From the NCBI RefSeq assembly GCF_902713615.1, contig NC_052176.1:11608243-11672242 (forward strand): a stretch of 64,000 nt of DNA, read 5' to 3'. The notes below the pieces were generated by a model. The model saw only the letters and a list, made by a program, of their open reading frames with translations. It searched no databases and was not told the DNA's origin. The position numbers were made by a program, and so were the translations under genes. Positions 11,175 to 24,500 of the stretch are shown here, piece by piece. Source of the DNA: Scyliorhinus canicula. Lineage: Eukaryota. The number at the start of each line of letters is the position of its first letter. Position 1 is the first letter of the stretch.

Positions 11175-11330
11175 TGATTGGTGGAAAATCCTAAATCTGA
11201 TTGGTCTGTTCAGATATCCAATGAAATAAGCAGAACATAACTGGCTGTTCTCATTTTCACAATGTCCAATCACAATCATTCCTTTCCCCATTCCTCATTA
11301 GCATAGATGTGAGGCTCTGTCTATTTAATC
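11175..11330 (+). promoter_or_regulatory. H2B promoter: CCAAT boxes, octamer-like H2B element, TATA-like box
   Basis: GATTGG twice, CCAAT twice, CCTCATTAGCAT (ATTAGCAT at 11297-11304), TATTTAA at about 11322. Confidence 0.7.
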
Positions 11331-11373
11331 AGCGCTCGGAAGGGGTTTGCTTTATTTCTGAGTGAAACTGAAG

Positions 11374-11760
11374 ATGCCTGACGAGAAGAAACAAACATCG
11401 AAGCCAGCTGCCAAGAAGGGAGCCAAGAAAGTCATTAAGAAACCGGCAGTAAAGGGCGGCAAGAAGCGGCGAAGGTCGAGGAAGGAGAGTTACTCCATCT
11501 ACATCTACAAAGTGATGAAGCAGGTTCACCCCGACACCGGCATCTCCTCCAAGGCCATGAGCATCATGAACTCGTTCGTCAGCGATATTTTCGAGCGTAT
11601 CGCGGGTGAGGCTTCCCGCCTGGCCCATTACAACAAGCGCCACACCATCAGCTCCCGGGAGATCCAGACCGCCGTGCGCCTGCTGCTGCCCGGGGAACTG
11701 GCCAAGCACGCCGTGTCGGAAGGGACAAAGGCGGTCACCAAGTACACCAGCTCCAAGTAA
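11374..11760 (+). CDS. H2B: Histone H2B (128 aa)
   Basis: MPDEKK...[26 protein letters not shown]...[10 protein letters not shown]. Confidence 0.98.
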   Translation: MPDEKKQTSKPAAKKGAKKVIKKPAVKGGKKRRRSRKESYSIYIYKVMKQVHPDTGISSKAMSIMNSFVSDIFERIAGEASRLAHYNKRHTISSREIQTAVRLLLPGELAKHAVSEGTKAVTKYTSSK

Positions 11761-11796
11761 AACTGCACAAGGACTGAAAACCACCCCAAACACAAC

Positions 11797-11812
11797 GGCT
11801 CTTTTTAGAGCC
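11797..11812 (+). terminator. Histone 3' stem-loop (H2B)
   Basis: GGCTCT-TTTT-AGAGCC followed by ACCCA. Confidence 0.95.
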
Positions 11813-12584
11813 ACCCACAACTTCTGTAAAGCAGCCAAACCATATTTTAAATTATCGGTGTGTTTCTATTATGAATAACCAAATCCGTTTTAATAGCGTT
11901 TCACTACAACAATATCCTGTATAATGCCGAGTTATCGTCATGTCGATCATTGTACGTTGTTTATAAAATCCCATCATTTAGTGATGCTCGGTGACCGCTT
12001 CATACTCGGCCGCTGTGGCTGGATTTGGAGAGAGAATCGAACACCAATACCTCCCGTAGCATTTGTGTTCAGCCTTACAAATTACTCTCTTTCCATTTAT
12101 GTTCATGTTCACACTCAATGATCGAGAGCACCCCGGTGGTGTGGGTAAACTCCATTTCAATACTGACACTAGCTCCAAATTGCTCACTCCACTTTTAACA
12201 CTGAGGAAGCGGCAGCAGTCTACAATATGAATCAATGTTATTATGTTTGCAGATGGCTGTGAATTAGACAGTGTCGGCGGCTGAGAGCATTTTAAACAAC
12301 AGCCAGATTAAGCCTGTGGAGTCAGTTCCCCTTCTACAGATCCTAAACGTTTCTCTCCACAGATGCTCCCAGACACGCTGAGTTGATCCAGCATTTTCTC
12401 TTTAATTCACATTTGCAGCCTCCGCATTATTTTGGTTTAATTTATTTTGGGTTTATTGTCAGTTAGAGACAAAATCAGAAACTAACAGATAATGGGAAAC
12501 TAGACGCGGGAAAGAGAGAAAAAATCCAACAATCTTTCAACTCAAATGGTTTAGTCACATTTTTTATTCAATTTTATCTGTTAT

Positions 12585-12795
12585 ATCTTTTCGCGCCCAT
12601 TTAAGATTTGAAATAAATATTCGGTTGGAATCTGAACATTTGGCGCCCAAAATTTCCGCCCTCAGCACCGTGGATTCTCCTGATTGGTGCTTCAAACAGA
12701 TATCTGATTGGTCACTTTGTAGCCGGCTCCACAATGTTGTTGAGATAACCAATCAGCAATGTGTGCACCGCCATTCCTCCTGAAGCTATAAGAGA
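12585..12795 (+). promoter_or_regulatory. H2A promoter: E2F-like sites, three CCAAT boxes, TATA
   Basis: TTTTCGCGCC, TTTGGCGCCC, GATTGG twice, CCAATC, CTATAAGA; mirrored near-identically at about 38290-38500. Confidence 0.7.
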
Positions 12796-12800
12796 AGTGA

Positions 12801-13232
<432 letters not shown>

Positions 13233-13262
13233 AGCGACCATTCTTTAATCTAATAACCCAAA

Positions 13263-13278
13263 GGCTCTTTTCAGAGCC
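13263..13278 (+). terminator. Histone 3' stem-loop (H2A)
   Basis: GGCTCT-TTTC-AGAGCC. Confidence 0.95.
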
Positions 13279-13695
13279 ACTCACTTTATCTGAATAAGGG
13301 CGACCTGTTCTCAATCCGCTTAGTGCCGTGTTTGTGAGAATTTCCCTGAGGCTTCAGGCTGGAATGAGAGCTTTCCCCGGTGTTGGTATTTACCGGAGGG
13401 CCGGCAGTTTCTGGCGGGCTGGCTTTCTGAAACTGTCCATTTATGTGCAATGGGTCTGCGGGGTTTCAGAATTCATTCCCGCTCTCATGACAATGTCAGT
13501 GCTCACTGTGCGTTTACAGGGCTGACTGCGGAGAAAGGTTTTGTGTTTCCCTCTGCAGCACGTTCATATCGCCGTGAACAGAGAAATATTTGTCTATTAT
13601 AACGCGAACACTTTGCCTCCCCAATCGCGAAACCAGCTCCATGCGATATTCTGCTGCCATTCAGAGGTCAGTGCTCTCAATGTGAGGGTTTGGGC

Positions 13696-13711
13696 GGCTC
13701 TTAAAAGAGCC
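13696..13711 (-). terminator. Histone 3' stem-loop (H4)
   Basis: GGCTCT-TTTA-AGAGCC on the minus strand. Confidence 0.95.
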
Positions 13712-13745
13712 TTTGGTTTATGTTATAATTGTCAAATGGAGTTTC

Positions 13746-14066
<321 letters not shown>

Positions 14067-14301
14067 TCAGTCAAATCGCTGCTGAATGAGAGACGAGCTG
14101 CTGCACTTTCCTTTATTATACAGCCCTGCCCCGACCTGACTGAGAAAGAGAGAGAGGCGGGGAGCAGACTGAGTGACAGACAGAGCAGTGAAATGTCTTT
14201 GACCATCCAGCTCCTCCTCCTGCCTGCTCCAACCCACATTTTATATTCCAAACAGAAGTGAACAGAGCGCGCTGAACAACATGTACAATCTGCAACATGA
14301 T

Positions 14302-14565
14302 GGGCTGCACAGTGGTCAGCACTGCTGCCTCACAGCGCCAGGGACCCGGGTTCACTCTGACCTTCTGACATTCTGTGTCTCTGTGGGTTTCCTCCCACAG
14401 TAAAGATTCGCAGGTTAGGTGGATTGGCTGTGCTAAATTAACCCTTTGTGTCCAAGGGTGTGGATGACAGAGGGGAGTTGTGAGGGAGTGGGCCTGGGTA
14501 GGGTTGCTTTTTCAGAGAGTCGCTCTGGACTCGACGGACTGAATGGCCTCCTTCTGCACTGTAGT
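14302..14565 (+). mobile_element. Old HE1-like SINE, mirrored at 35180-35440
   Basis: tRNA-like head, GGGTTTCCTCCCACAG, GGTTAGGTGGATTGGC, GAATGGCCTCCTTCTGCACTGTA tail. Confidence 0.75.
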
Positions 14566-14579
14566 AATTATATGGGAAG

Positions 14580-16505
14580 GATCTCGGTGTTGCTGGACGT
14601 GGTGCAGGTCTGGCACATTACCCAGTCCTGCGCGCAGCAGTCACCCGAGCCATCATCAAGTTCATCTGGAGGTCACAGGGACCCATATACAAAATATACA
14701 AACAGAAGGGACAGCATATACAGATCTCTGGATAAGGGAGGGACAAACATACCCAAGGCCGTCCTCACCTTGCTGTCCACCTGTGTGTGTGGCTACATCA
14801 AGCTGTGCGTGGGCCCCCAGTACACAAACACCAAGTGTCACTACGTACTGAGGTTCTATCTGTCCCGGGTGTTACGAAGGATGGATCTGGCTTTGTTGCA
14901 GCAGGATGCTCTGGTCCTGGTACCGTGTCGTAACACCTGTCCCTCAAGGAAACATTTGTTAAGCAAAACACCTTGGACCACAAGGCAATCAAGCAGTGGT
15001 CTGCACGTAATGTCTTGGAGGCCCTTAGGGTAAAGGAGATGGTGGATCATGTCAGATGGTTCCCCTGAGCAGACTGTCAGAGGCATCTGGCAGATCATCT
15101 CATCACCAGAACTTTCAAACAAGCTTCAATACCCAGCTTGGATGGTGGTGAGTAGGGTCCCCCCGACATACCCTTCATGCACACAAAGTCTCAACACCGT
15201 CTCACACTGCCCTCAAACTGGCTGCTCCATGTGGTTACTCACCTCCATGTGGAATGTGCCTTTCCAAAGAATGTCTGAAGAGAGAAAGTTCATGGACGAC
15301 AACAAGGTTGGTGGAGTGGCAGATAGTGTTGAGGATTGTCAGAGGATACAGCAGGACAAACATAGGTTGGAGACTTGGACATAGAAATGGCAAATGTAGT
15401 TTAATCTGGACCAATGGGAGGGAATGCATTTTGGTCAGTTTAACATAGAGGGGAAATATATCGTAAATGGCAAAACTGAGGAATATAGAAAGTCGGAGAG
15501 TTCTGACTCGCAGGTCCACAGATCCTTGAAGGTGGCAACAGAAGTGTACAAGGTAGTCAAGAAAACATACGGAATGCCTGCTTTCGTTGGGCGGAGCATC
15601 AACTATAAAAACTGACTAGTCATGCTACAGCTGTATAGAACCTTGTTAAGGACGCACTTGGAATATTGTGCACAATTCAGGTCGCCACACTACCAGAAAG
15701 ATGTGGATGCTTTGGAGAGGATGCAGTGGAGATTTATCAGGCTTTTGCTTGGTCTGGAAAGTGTGAGCTATATGGAGAGGCTGAATAGACTCGGACTGTT
15801 TTCATTAGAAAGACAGAGTTTGAAGTGTGATCTGATAGAGGCTGACAACATTCTAATGGGCATGGATAGAGTGAATGGGCAGGCAATCTTTCCCAGGGTG
15901 GAGGGGTCAGTCACCAGGGGGCATAGATTTAAGATGCTCGGAGAAAAGCTTACAGAGGATGTGCGAGGCAGGTTTTTTAAGCAGACGGTGGTGAGAGCAA
16001 GGACCGCGTTGCCAGGGAAGGTTGAAGAAGCAGATAGATTACGGCGGTCAAAAGTCATCTTGACAAACACATGGATAGGATGGGTATAGAGGGATATGGC
16101 ACAAGGAAGTGCTGAGGGTTTTGGCAAAGGTTGGTATCATGACTGGTACAGGTTTGGAGGGCCGAAGGTACGGCTCCTGTGCTGTATTGTTATTTGTTTG
16201 AGAGATGCAGTGGTATTTGTCCAGGTTTATCACGAGCAGCTCTGTGACACAGGACTCTGTGCTCTCCGGGCTATTCCCAGGGACACACGCTGAGACTAAC
16301 ATCAACTGCTGCTGGAGGATCATAAACTCTGTGTAAGACTCTCTTTGATCTGCCCGAAACCTGTTGAAATTCCAGGGTAAAGAATTGTCCTTGACTGAGT
16401 GTTGCAGATGGGCACATTCCAAAGTCCAGGACTACGTGCTGAGGGACACACTCAGGTTTGGGGTACCCAGCATCAAGGCTCAATGGGGAAAGGCCACTGT
16501 GTAAG
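14580..16505 (+). mobile_element. Decayed Tx1/L1-clade LINE 3' fragment, interrupted by a CR1
   Basis: ORF2 C-terminal-like remnants (PQYTNTKCHYVLRFYLSRVLRR; Cys/His knuckle remnant near 15200) that resume after 16195. Confidence 0.55.
15290..16195 (+). mobile_element. CR1/HER1-like LINE, 5'-truncated and decayed
   Basis: RT C-terminus DDNKVGG...LYRTLLRTHLEYCAQF.SPHYQKDVDALER..RLNRLGLFSLE..TRGH; 3' tail resembles the HE1 tail. Confidence 0.88.
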
Positions 16506-16526
16506 TTCTTCCAGCAAATGTACATC

Positions 16527-16740
16527 GAGGGGCTGGTAACTGGGTAACCCCCCCCCCCCCCCCCTCCGTTCTGTGTGATGAACACTTAAGAGGGGCTGGT
16601 AACTGTGGAAAACCTGGGTGTGTGTGATTAATACCAAAGAGGGGCTGGTAACCATGATAAACCCCCCGGTGTGGGTGATTAACACTAAAGAGGCGCTAGT
16701 AACTGTGTAAAAAAAACCCGGTCTGTGTGATTAGCGTACA
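16527..16740 (+). repeat. ~48-bp tandem repeat, continuing at 18036-18140 and 18895-19115, split by Penelope, HE1 and CR1 insertions
   Basis: GAGGGGCTGGTAACTGTG(T)AAACCCC..GGTCTGTGTGATTAACACTAAA units. Confidence 0.75.
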
Positions 16741-16756
16741 ACAGGTTTGTTTCAAA

Positions 16757-16795
16757 CACAAGCTTTCGGAGCACTGCTCCTTCCTCAGGTGAATG
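16757..16795 (-). ncRNA. Minimal type-I hammerhead ribozyme motif (Penelope pseudo-LTR)
   Basis: CAC-CUGAGGA-A-GGAGC(AGU)GCUCC-GAAAGCUU-GUG. Confidence 0.7.
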
Positions 16796-17913
16796 GAGAG
16801 GTATGAACGGGATATGGCGCTCGACTCATCGATCGACAGTTCCAACGCACCACAGCAAAAAACCGCACCGACCTCCTCAGAGAACAAACATGGGACACAA
16901 CTGACAGAGTACCCTTCGTCGTCCAGTACTTTCCTGGGGCGGAGAAACAACAACATCTTCTTTGCAGCCTTCAATACATCATCAATGAAGATGAACATCT
17001 TGCCAGGGTCATCCCCACACCCCCACTACTGGCCTTCAAACAACCGTGCAACCTCAAACAAACCATTGTTTGCAGCAAATTACCCAGCCTTCAGAACAGC
17101 GTCCACGACACCACACAACCCTGCCAGGGCAATCTCTGCAAAACATGCCAGGTCATCGACATGGATAGCACCATTACATGTGGTAACACCACCCACCAGG
17201 TACACGGCACATATTCGTGCGACTCGACCAATGTAATCTACCTCATACGCTGCAGGAAAGGATGTCCCGAAGCGTGGTACATTGGCGAGACCATGCGGAC
17301 ACTGCGACAATGAATGAATGGGCATCGTGCGACAATCACCAGGCAGGAATGTTCCCGTCCAGTCAGGGAACACTTCAGCAGTCAAGGGCATTCAGCCGCT
17401 GATCTCCGGGTAAGCATTCTCCAGGTTAGGTGGATTGGCAATGGTAAATTGCCCTTAGTATCCAAAATTGCCCTTAGTGTTGGGTGGGGTTACCGGGTTA
17501 TGGGGATGGGGTGGAGGTGTTGACCTTGGGTAGGGTGCTCTCTCCAAGAGCCGGTGCAGACTCGATGGGCAGAATGACCTCCTTCTGCACTGTAAATTCT
17601 ATGAACTAAGGCAGTCTTCAGGACACGCGAAAATGTAGAATTGCCGATCAAAAACTGATAGCTAAGTTCCGCACGCATGAGTGCAGCCTCAACCGGGATC
17701 TTGGATTCATGTCGCATTACATTCACCTTCCACCATCTGGCCTGGACTTGCAAAATCCTACCAGCTGTCCTGGCTTGAGACAATTCACACCTCTTTCACC
17801 TGGGATCACTCCCTATCTCTGGATCTGTAATGATTTGATTACCTGCAAATGCTCGCATTCCAAGCATTGTCTGGCATCTCTGACTTTGTCTATATGAATG
17901 TTTCTGGAACATT

Positions 17914-17948
17914 CACCTGAGGAAGGAGCTGCGCTCCGAAAGCTTGTG
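17914..17948 (+). ncRNA. Minimal type-I hammerhead ribozyme motif (Penelope pseudo-LTR)
   Basis: CAC-CUGAGGA-A-GGAGC(UGC)GCUCC-GAAAGCUU-GUG. Confidence 0.7.
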
Positions 17949-18159
17949 TTTGAAACAAACCTGTTGGACTTTAACCTGGTGTTGTAAGACTTCTTACTGT
18001 GCTCACCCCAGTCCAACGACGGCATCTCCACATCATGTGTGATTAACACTAAAGAGGGGCTGGTAATTATGTGAACCCCCCGGTCTGTGTGATTAACACT
18101 CATGAGGGGCTGGTTAGGGTTAGTAACTGAGTAACTGGGCCGGTAATTGAGTAAAACTC

Positions 18160-18440
18160 TGAGGCACAGCGCCAGGGTTCCAGGATCAATTCCCCGCTGG
18201 GTCACTGTCTGTGCGGAGTCTGCACATTCTCCCCGTGTCTGCGTGGGTTTCCTCCGGGTGCTCTGGTTTCCTCCCACAGTCCAAAGACGTGCATTGGCCA
18301 TGCTCAATTGCCCTTAGTGCTTAAAAAGTTTTAGGAGTGGTAATTGGGTTAAGGGGATAAGTTTGAAGTGAAGGCTTAAGTGTGTCAATGCAGAATCTCT
18401 GGGCCGAATGGCCTCCTTCTGCACTATATGTACAATGTTA
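18160..18440 (+). mobile_element. HE1-like SINE, mirrored at 34631-34910
   Basis: V-SINE core GGGTTTCCTCCGGGTGCTCTGGTTTCCTCCCACAGTCCAAAGA. Confidence 0.82.
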
Positions 18441-18479
18441 AACACACCGATCTGCGTGATCAATGAAGATGAAAATCAC

Positions 18480-18895
18480 TTAATGTCCCTGGAATGAAGA
18501 ACGTTTGGGAACTCTGGGTCTTTACTCGTTGGAGTTTAGAAGGACGAGGTGGGATCTTTTTGAAACTTACAGGATGCTGCGAGGCCTGGATAGAGTGGAC
18601 ATGGAGAGGATGTTTCCACTTGTAGGAAAAACTAGAACCAGAGGACACCATCTCAGACTATCAATTTAAAACAGAGATGAGGAGGAATCTCTTCAGCCAG
18701 AGGGTGGTGAATCTGTGGAGGCCAAATCACTGAGTGTCTTTAAGACCAAGATAGATAGGTTCTTGATTAATAAGGGGCTCAGGAGTTATGGGGAGAAGGC
18801 AGGAGAATGGGAATGAGAAAATATCAGCAATGATTGAATGGCGGAGCAGACTCGATGGGCCGTGTGGCCTAATTCTGCTCCTGTGCCTTATGGTC
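18480..18895 (+). mobile_element. CR1 LINE 3' fragment, mirrored at 33913-34370
   Basis: LGLYSLEFRR..TRGH..RRNLFSQRVVNLW remnant and GATGGGCCG..GGCCTAATTCTGCTCCT tail. Confidence 0.8.
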
Positions 18896-19209
18896 TCTGT
18901 GATTAACACTAAAGAGGGGCTGCTAACTGTGTAAACTAACCCCGTCTGTGTGATTAACACAAAAGAGTGGCTGCTAACTGTAAAACCCTCAGATCTGTGT
19001 GGTTGAGATTAAAGAGCGTGCTGGTAACTTGGGTAAAACCTTCCAGTCTGTGAGATAAACACTAAAGAGGGGCTGGTAACCATGTAAACCCCCTCGGTCT
19101 GTGTGATTAACACTGAATGTTTAAAATTATTGAAGCTTCACAGAGTGGAACATGACCAATGTAAATATTTTGAGAAGAATTGTAATGTGAATATTGAAAT
19201 TCATAGAAG

Positions 19210-19560
19210 TTCATAGAATTTACAGTGCAGTAGGAGGCCATTCGGCCCATCGAGTCTGCACCGGCTCTTGGAAAGAGCACCCTACCCAAGGTCAACACCC
19301 CCACCCTATCCCCATAACCCAGTAACCCCACCCAACACTAAGGGCAATTTATCATGGCCAATCCACCTAACCTGCACATCTTTGGACTGTGGGAGGAAAC
19401 CGGAGCACCCGGAGGAAACCCATGCACACACTGGGAAGATGTGCAGACTCCGCACAGACAGTGACCCAAGCCGGAATCGAACCTGGGACTCTGGAGCTGT
19501 GAAGAAGTTGTGCTATCCACAATGCTACCATGCTGCCCTACAATGCTACCATGCTGCCCT
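19210..19560 (-). mobile_element. Young HE1-like SINE, left arm only
   Basis: Full-length copy; the mirror site near 33790 is empty. Confidence 0.88.
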
Positions 19561-19756
19561 GTGTGTAATGTCCTCATTATCCAATTAAAGAAATTCAAGT
19601 AAATCTGGACCTCTGGAGAAAATGTAAATATTATTGTACGATACGATATTATTGTGATGACAATTTGAAATGTTTGACAATGTTTGTTTCAAGGGATTTT
19701 ATAAATGAATTATATTTTTGAAAATAAATTGTTTGCTTCTGTGAAAAATGTAGCAA

Positions 19757-21180
19757 GTCTGTGAAATGGTTGTTTGCAGAAAGTGTGAGTTTGAGGGGCT
19801 GAATGGCAGTGTAATAACAAACAAGCTGCAGGCAATGGCTGCAAATTGAATATCTCATTGGGACAAACACACAGCTACAAAGGTGATTGGTTGAGCCCTG
19901 GGGCGCAGGGCCACTTGCACCCACACACACACAGTCCCCCCAACACGGGCTCTATCGGAGGTTTTGCTCCAAATGTGATGACAGTGAAATGGGGAATATT
20001 CCCATTGATTCTCAATGCGGAATTGCAGCGGGGATCTGCGCATGCCCGGTGTAACCCCGCCCCCTGGTTGTCGTCATTCTGAGGGTGAGAGCGCATGCGC
20101 ATCCCCGCCCTCACACACACTCCATTTGCTCAGTGAGTGGAGACGCTTTGTTCAAACTGAGTGAAATGTCAGGGCCCAGGTCAGCGAGGAAACAGCGTTC
20201 TCATTGCAGCAGCCCATCCATTTGGGAGTGTGAGCAAAGAGGCTCAGAGATCATTACTGACTCGGGGGGGAGTTCAGGGAGAATCGGGGGCTGTTTGCAA
20301 GAGGCGCAGCGGGAGCCCCATCTTGTTCCGGGACTTGGAGTGAGCGGGGGGAAGGGAGAGCTCTTTCTGGGCCTGGATTATTGTCTGATTCTGGGGCAGG
20401 ATTTGGACAGTATTTTCTTTATTTTACTGATTATAAATTGAAAGAATTGATTGATCTATCATTGGCCTCATCTGACCCTGATTTACAAGAGATATGCTTC
20501 CTTCTCCCTAGTTCAACTGATGAAGAGATGAGTTCCAAGATGATGATTCTTCAGCAACATGAATGTGGAGCCGTCTCCTTCTAACTGACAGTAAGTACAA
20601 TATTAATCCAACATTGCAGAGACACAGACACAACATCAGCTCCACCGTCACAGAGAACAGAAGCAGTCACACTTACATTGTGCTCAAGTCCCAGATAAAC
20701 ATGTCCAATCCAACAGTCCAATTGAAGAAATTCAAGTAAATCTGGACCTCTGGAGATAATGTAAATATTATTTACAGATACACGAGAGGACAGGCGGGAT
20801 AATTTTCCACAATTCACCCCTACTCTCTCATGGAATGTTGGATCAACTTTTGATAACTGCGTTTCATCTGTAAAGTAATCAGTATAGTCTTAATTAGGCT
20901 ATAGATTCAGCAATCAATGTGCAAGTATCCATTTGCACTATTTTGTAACTTTCTTCATTTAAAATGTATCACAAACAAAGCACTTGAATAAGGCATTAAC
21001 AGAAAAATTATACATTTAAATAGTTCTCCAAAAGGACAATTACCAGATTGTAAGGCCGTCCTTTCATCTCACAAGTTGTGAACCTTTGGTGCACGTAACA
21101 GGTCGGATAGTACAGCTGATTGAAAAGTGCCGAATTAATCATAAACTTCTACCAAGACACCTCCCAAAACAAAATATTAA
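19757..21180 (+). repeat. Cassette copy C, pointing into the palindrome centre
   Basis: Homologous to 2260-3860 and the reverse complement of 32160-33605. Confidence 0.88.
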
Positions 21181-21539
21181 ATTCCAATCCAAATATCTCT
21201 CACAATCTCAGATATAACGGTACAGTGTCATTTTCATGAAACAGACATGGAAATAGATCATTTAACATATCAATGTTGTCACTAAAAGTAATAATGGAAG
21301 ATCAATACTGAACAGAATGTTCTCCATTAACTCACAAAACAGATATTGACAAGTGCAGAAAATACAATAAAATCACATATCAGAGAGGTGAACAGATAGA
21401 GATTAAATGCAGAATCCCATAACCAGGACAGACAGCTACAAATGCAAGCATACAGAACAGAGACAGAGAGTTACAGGATGAAATTATTTTTTTCATAATA
21501 CTTGACACATAACAGAGGCAGACAGCTACAGTGGAAAAC

Positions 21540-24500
21540 ACACTCACACACATTCAGACACCAACAACTGCACAGGAGGCAGTAAAATATGCCATATATC
21601 ATACACAGACATTGAGGGTAAAACAGACTCACACATTCTCTCTCACAGTATGCAGTAAATATACATTATCTATCACAGAGCGACAGTGAGGGTAAAACAT
21701 ACATTCACATTTTCTCATGCACAGGCTCACTCACAAGTAACTTAGCAGTAAGCACTAAATATGAATTTTATATCACAGATTCTGAGGGTGAAACACACTC
21801 ACTCTCACAGCAATAACTGAGCATTGAGCAGTAAAATATATGCCCTGTATAGCACAGAGTAACAGTGAGGTTTATACACACTCACTCACACTCTGCCTCT
21901 CTTACACCCTCTCACAGACACCCAAGCACTGTCTCTCCCACACATACTCACAAATCAATAACTGATCAATAATATATTAATTATATGTCAGAGAGAGACT
22001 GTGTGGTTAATACTCACTCACTCTCACTTTCTCACACACACACTCTCCCTCTTTCACACACTCACCAGTCACTGAGCAGTAATCAATTAAATATGGTAGA
22101 TATACCAGAGATACAGTGAGGGTAAACCATGCATTCACTCTCTCACTCAATCTCTCACTCAGACAGTCACACAGCAGTAACTGAGCAGTAAGCTGTAAAA
22201 TGTGTTATACATCATAGAGAGACAGTGAGGGTAAAGCACACACACTGACGGGGTCTCTCAAACACTGTCTCACATTTTACTGAGAAATAAGCAGTAAAAT
22301 ATTTGTTATATATTGCAGAGAAACAGTGAGGGTAAAACATGCGCAAACACACAGACACACACACTCTCTCTCTATCTCTCACACTCTCTCTCATAGAAAC
22401 CCTACAGTGCAAAAAGAAGCCATTCAACCCATCGAGTCTGCATTGACCTTTTGAATGAGCATGCTACCTAAGACCAATCTCCCACCTTCTCCTTGTAACC
22501 CCACCAAGGGATAGTTGAGCATATCAATTCCACCATTTTTTGTACTGTGGGAGGAAACTGGAGCACCCGGAGGAAACCCTAACAGACACGGGAAGAATGT
22601 ACAAACTCCGCACAGACTGTCGCCTGAGGTCGGAATCCAACCCGGGACTCTGGCGCTGTGCCACCCTGCTGCCCATCAGCAGCACATACACTTTTCACCC
22701 TATTGCTCCCACACACACTCACCATCCCTCACACATACTCACAGACTCTCCCTCACACACATACACCCACTCACTTTCTCTGACACGCACACCTCTCACA
22801 CATTCATACATTCTCTCACACATACTCTCTCACACCAGCAATTGACCCACAAGCAGTAAAATATGTGTACTATGTCACAGAGAGACAGTGAGGATAAAAC
22901 TTACACTCAATCTCTCTCATACACACTGACACTCACACACACCATTAACTGAGCAGTATGCTTTAAAATGTGTGTCCATATGATAGAGAGAGAGAGGACA
23001 AAAATCTCACTCACCCTCCCTCCCTCTCACACACATACTCACCATTAACTGAGCAGTAAGCTGTAAAATATTTGTTATATATCACAGAAAAGCACACACT
23101 CACACACTGTCACACACACGCTCTTTCTCACACACAGATGTTCCCTCTCTCATACACACTCTCAGACTCTCTCTCACACACTCACAGACTCTCTCTCACA
23201 CACTCACAGACTCTCTCACACAGTCACAGACTCTCTCACACAGTCACAGACTCTCTCACACAATCACAGACTCTCTCTGACACACTCAGACTCTCTCTCT
23301 CTGACACACTCATAGACTCTCTCTCTCTCTCACACACTCACAGACTCTCTCTCTCTGACACACTCACAGACTCTCTCTCATGCACTCACAGACTCTCTCT
23401 CACGCACTCACAGACTCTCTCTCTCTGACACACTCACAGACTCTCTCTCTCTGACACACTCACAGACTCTCTCTCTCTCACACACACTCAGACTCTCTCT
23501 CACACAGACACGCAGACTCTCACACACTCACAGACTCTCTCACACAATCACAGACTCTCTCTCTCTGACACAGTCAGACTCTCTCTCTCTCACACACACA
23601 CTCACAGACTCTCACGTGCACTCAGTCACTCTCACTCACATACATTCCAGTCACAGAGCAGTAAGCAGTTAAAAATGTGTTATCTATCACAGATACATAG
23701 TGAGGGTAAAACTCACACACATACCAGTAAGGGAAAAATATGTGTTATATATCAAAGCGAGACAGTGAGGGAAAATACACACATACTCTCACACATACAC
23801 AATCTCTCATACACACGCAATCACCAGTAACAGAAGCGATCACTAAAATATGTGTTGTATATCAAAGACAGTGAGGGTAAAACTGACAGCCAAACTCACT
23901 CACTCACTCTCTAACACATTCAGCCAACAATACCTGAGCAGTAAAATATGTTATCTGTCATAGAAACACTGAGCATAAAACTCATTCACAGACTCTCACT
24001 GACCAGTAAATGAGCAGTCAACAGTAAAATGTGTTCCATATCACAAGAGGTATTGAGGGTCAAACGCACACTCACACACTCATGCACACACCAGTAACTG
24101 AGTAGTACAATAATCATTAAATATCAACTTTCTCTCTCTCTCCTCTCTCTCACTCTCTTTCTCACACACTCCCATTCACTCTCACACACCAGTAACTGAG
24201 CAGTAAGCAGTCAAATATGTGATATATATCATGGAGAGACATTAAGGGTAAAACGCGCACACACTCTCTCCCACGCACCAGTAACTGAACAGTAAGAATA
24301 AACACACACACACTCACTACTTACTAATATACTCACACACTCTCACTCACAGACCCACACACCAGTAACTGAACAGTAAGCAGTAAAATATTCATTATGT
24401 TATCACAGACAGACAGTGAGCTTAACACACACACACATAGATAGAGTCATAGATAGACTCTGTGACTCTATCTTATAATAATCTCTATTGTCACAAGCAG

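Larger units (their letters stand above)
16740..18035 (+). mobile_element. Penelope-like retroelement 3' portion (GIY-YIG endonuclease) with inverted pseudo-LTR; an HE1 tail is inserted at 17423-17603
   Basis: Frame-broken NVIYLIRCRKGCPEAWYIGET..MNGHRATI..VREHFSSQGHS; 16740-16795 is the reverse complement of 17910-17965. Confidence 0.85.
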
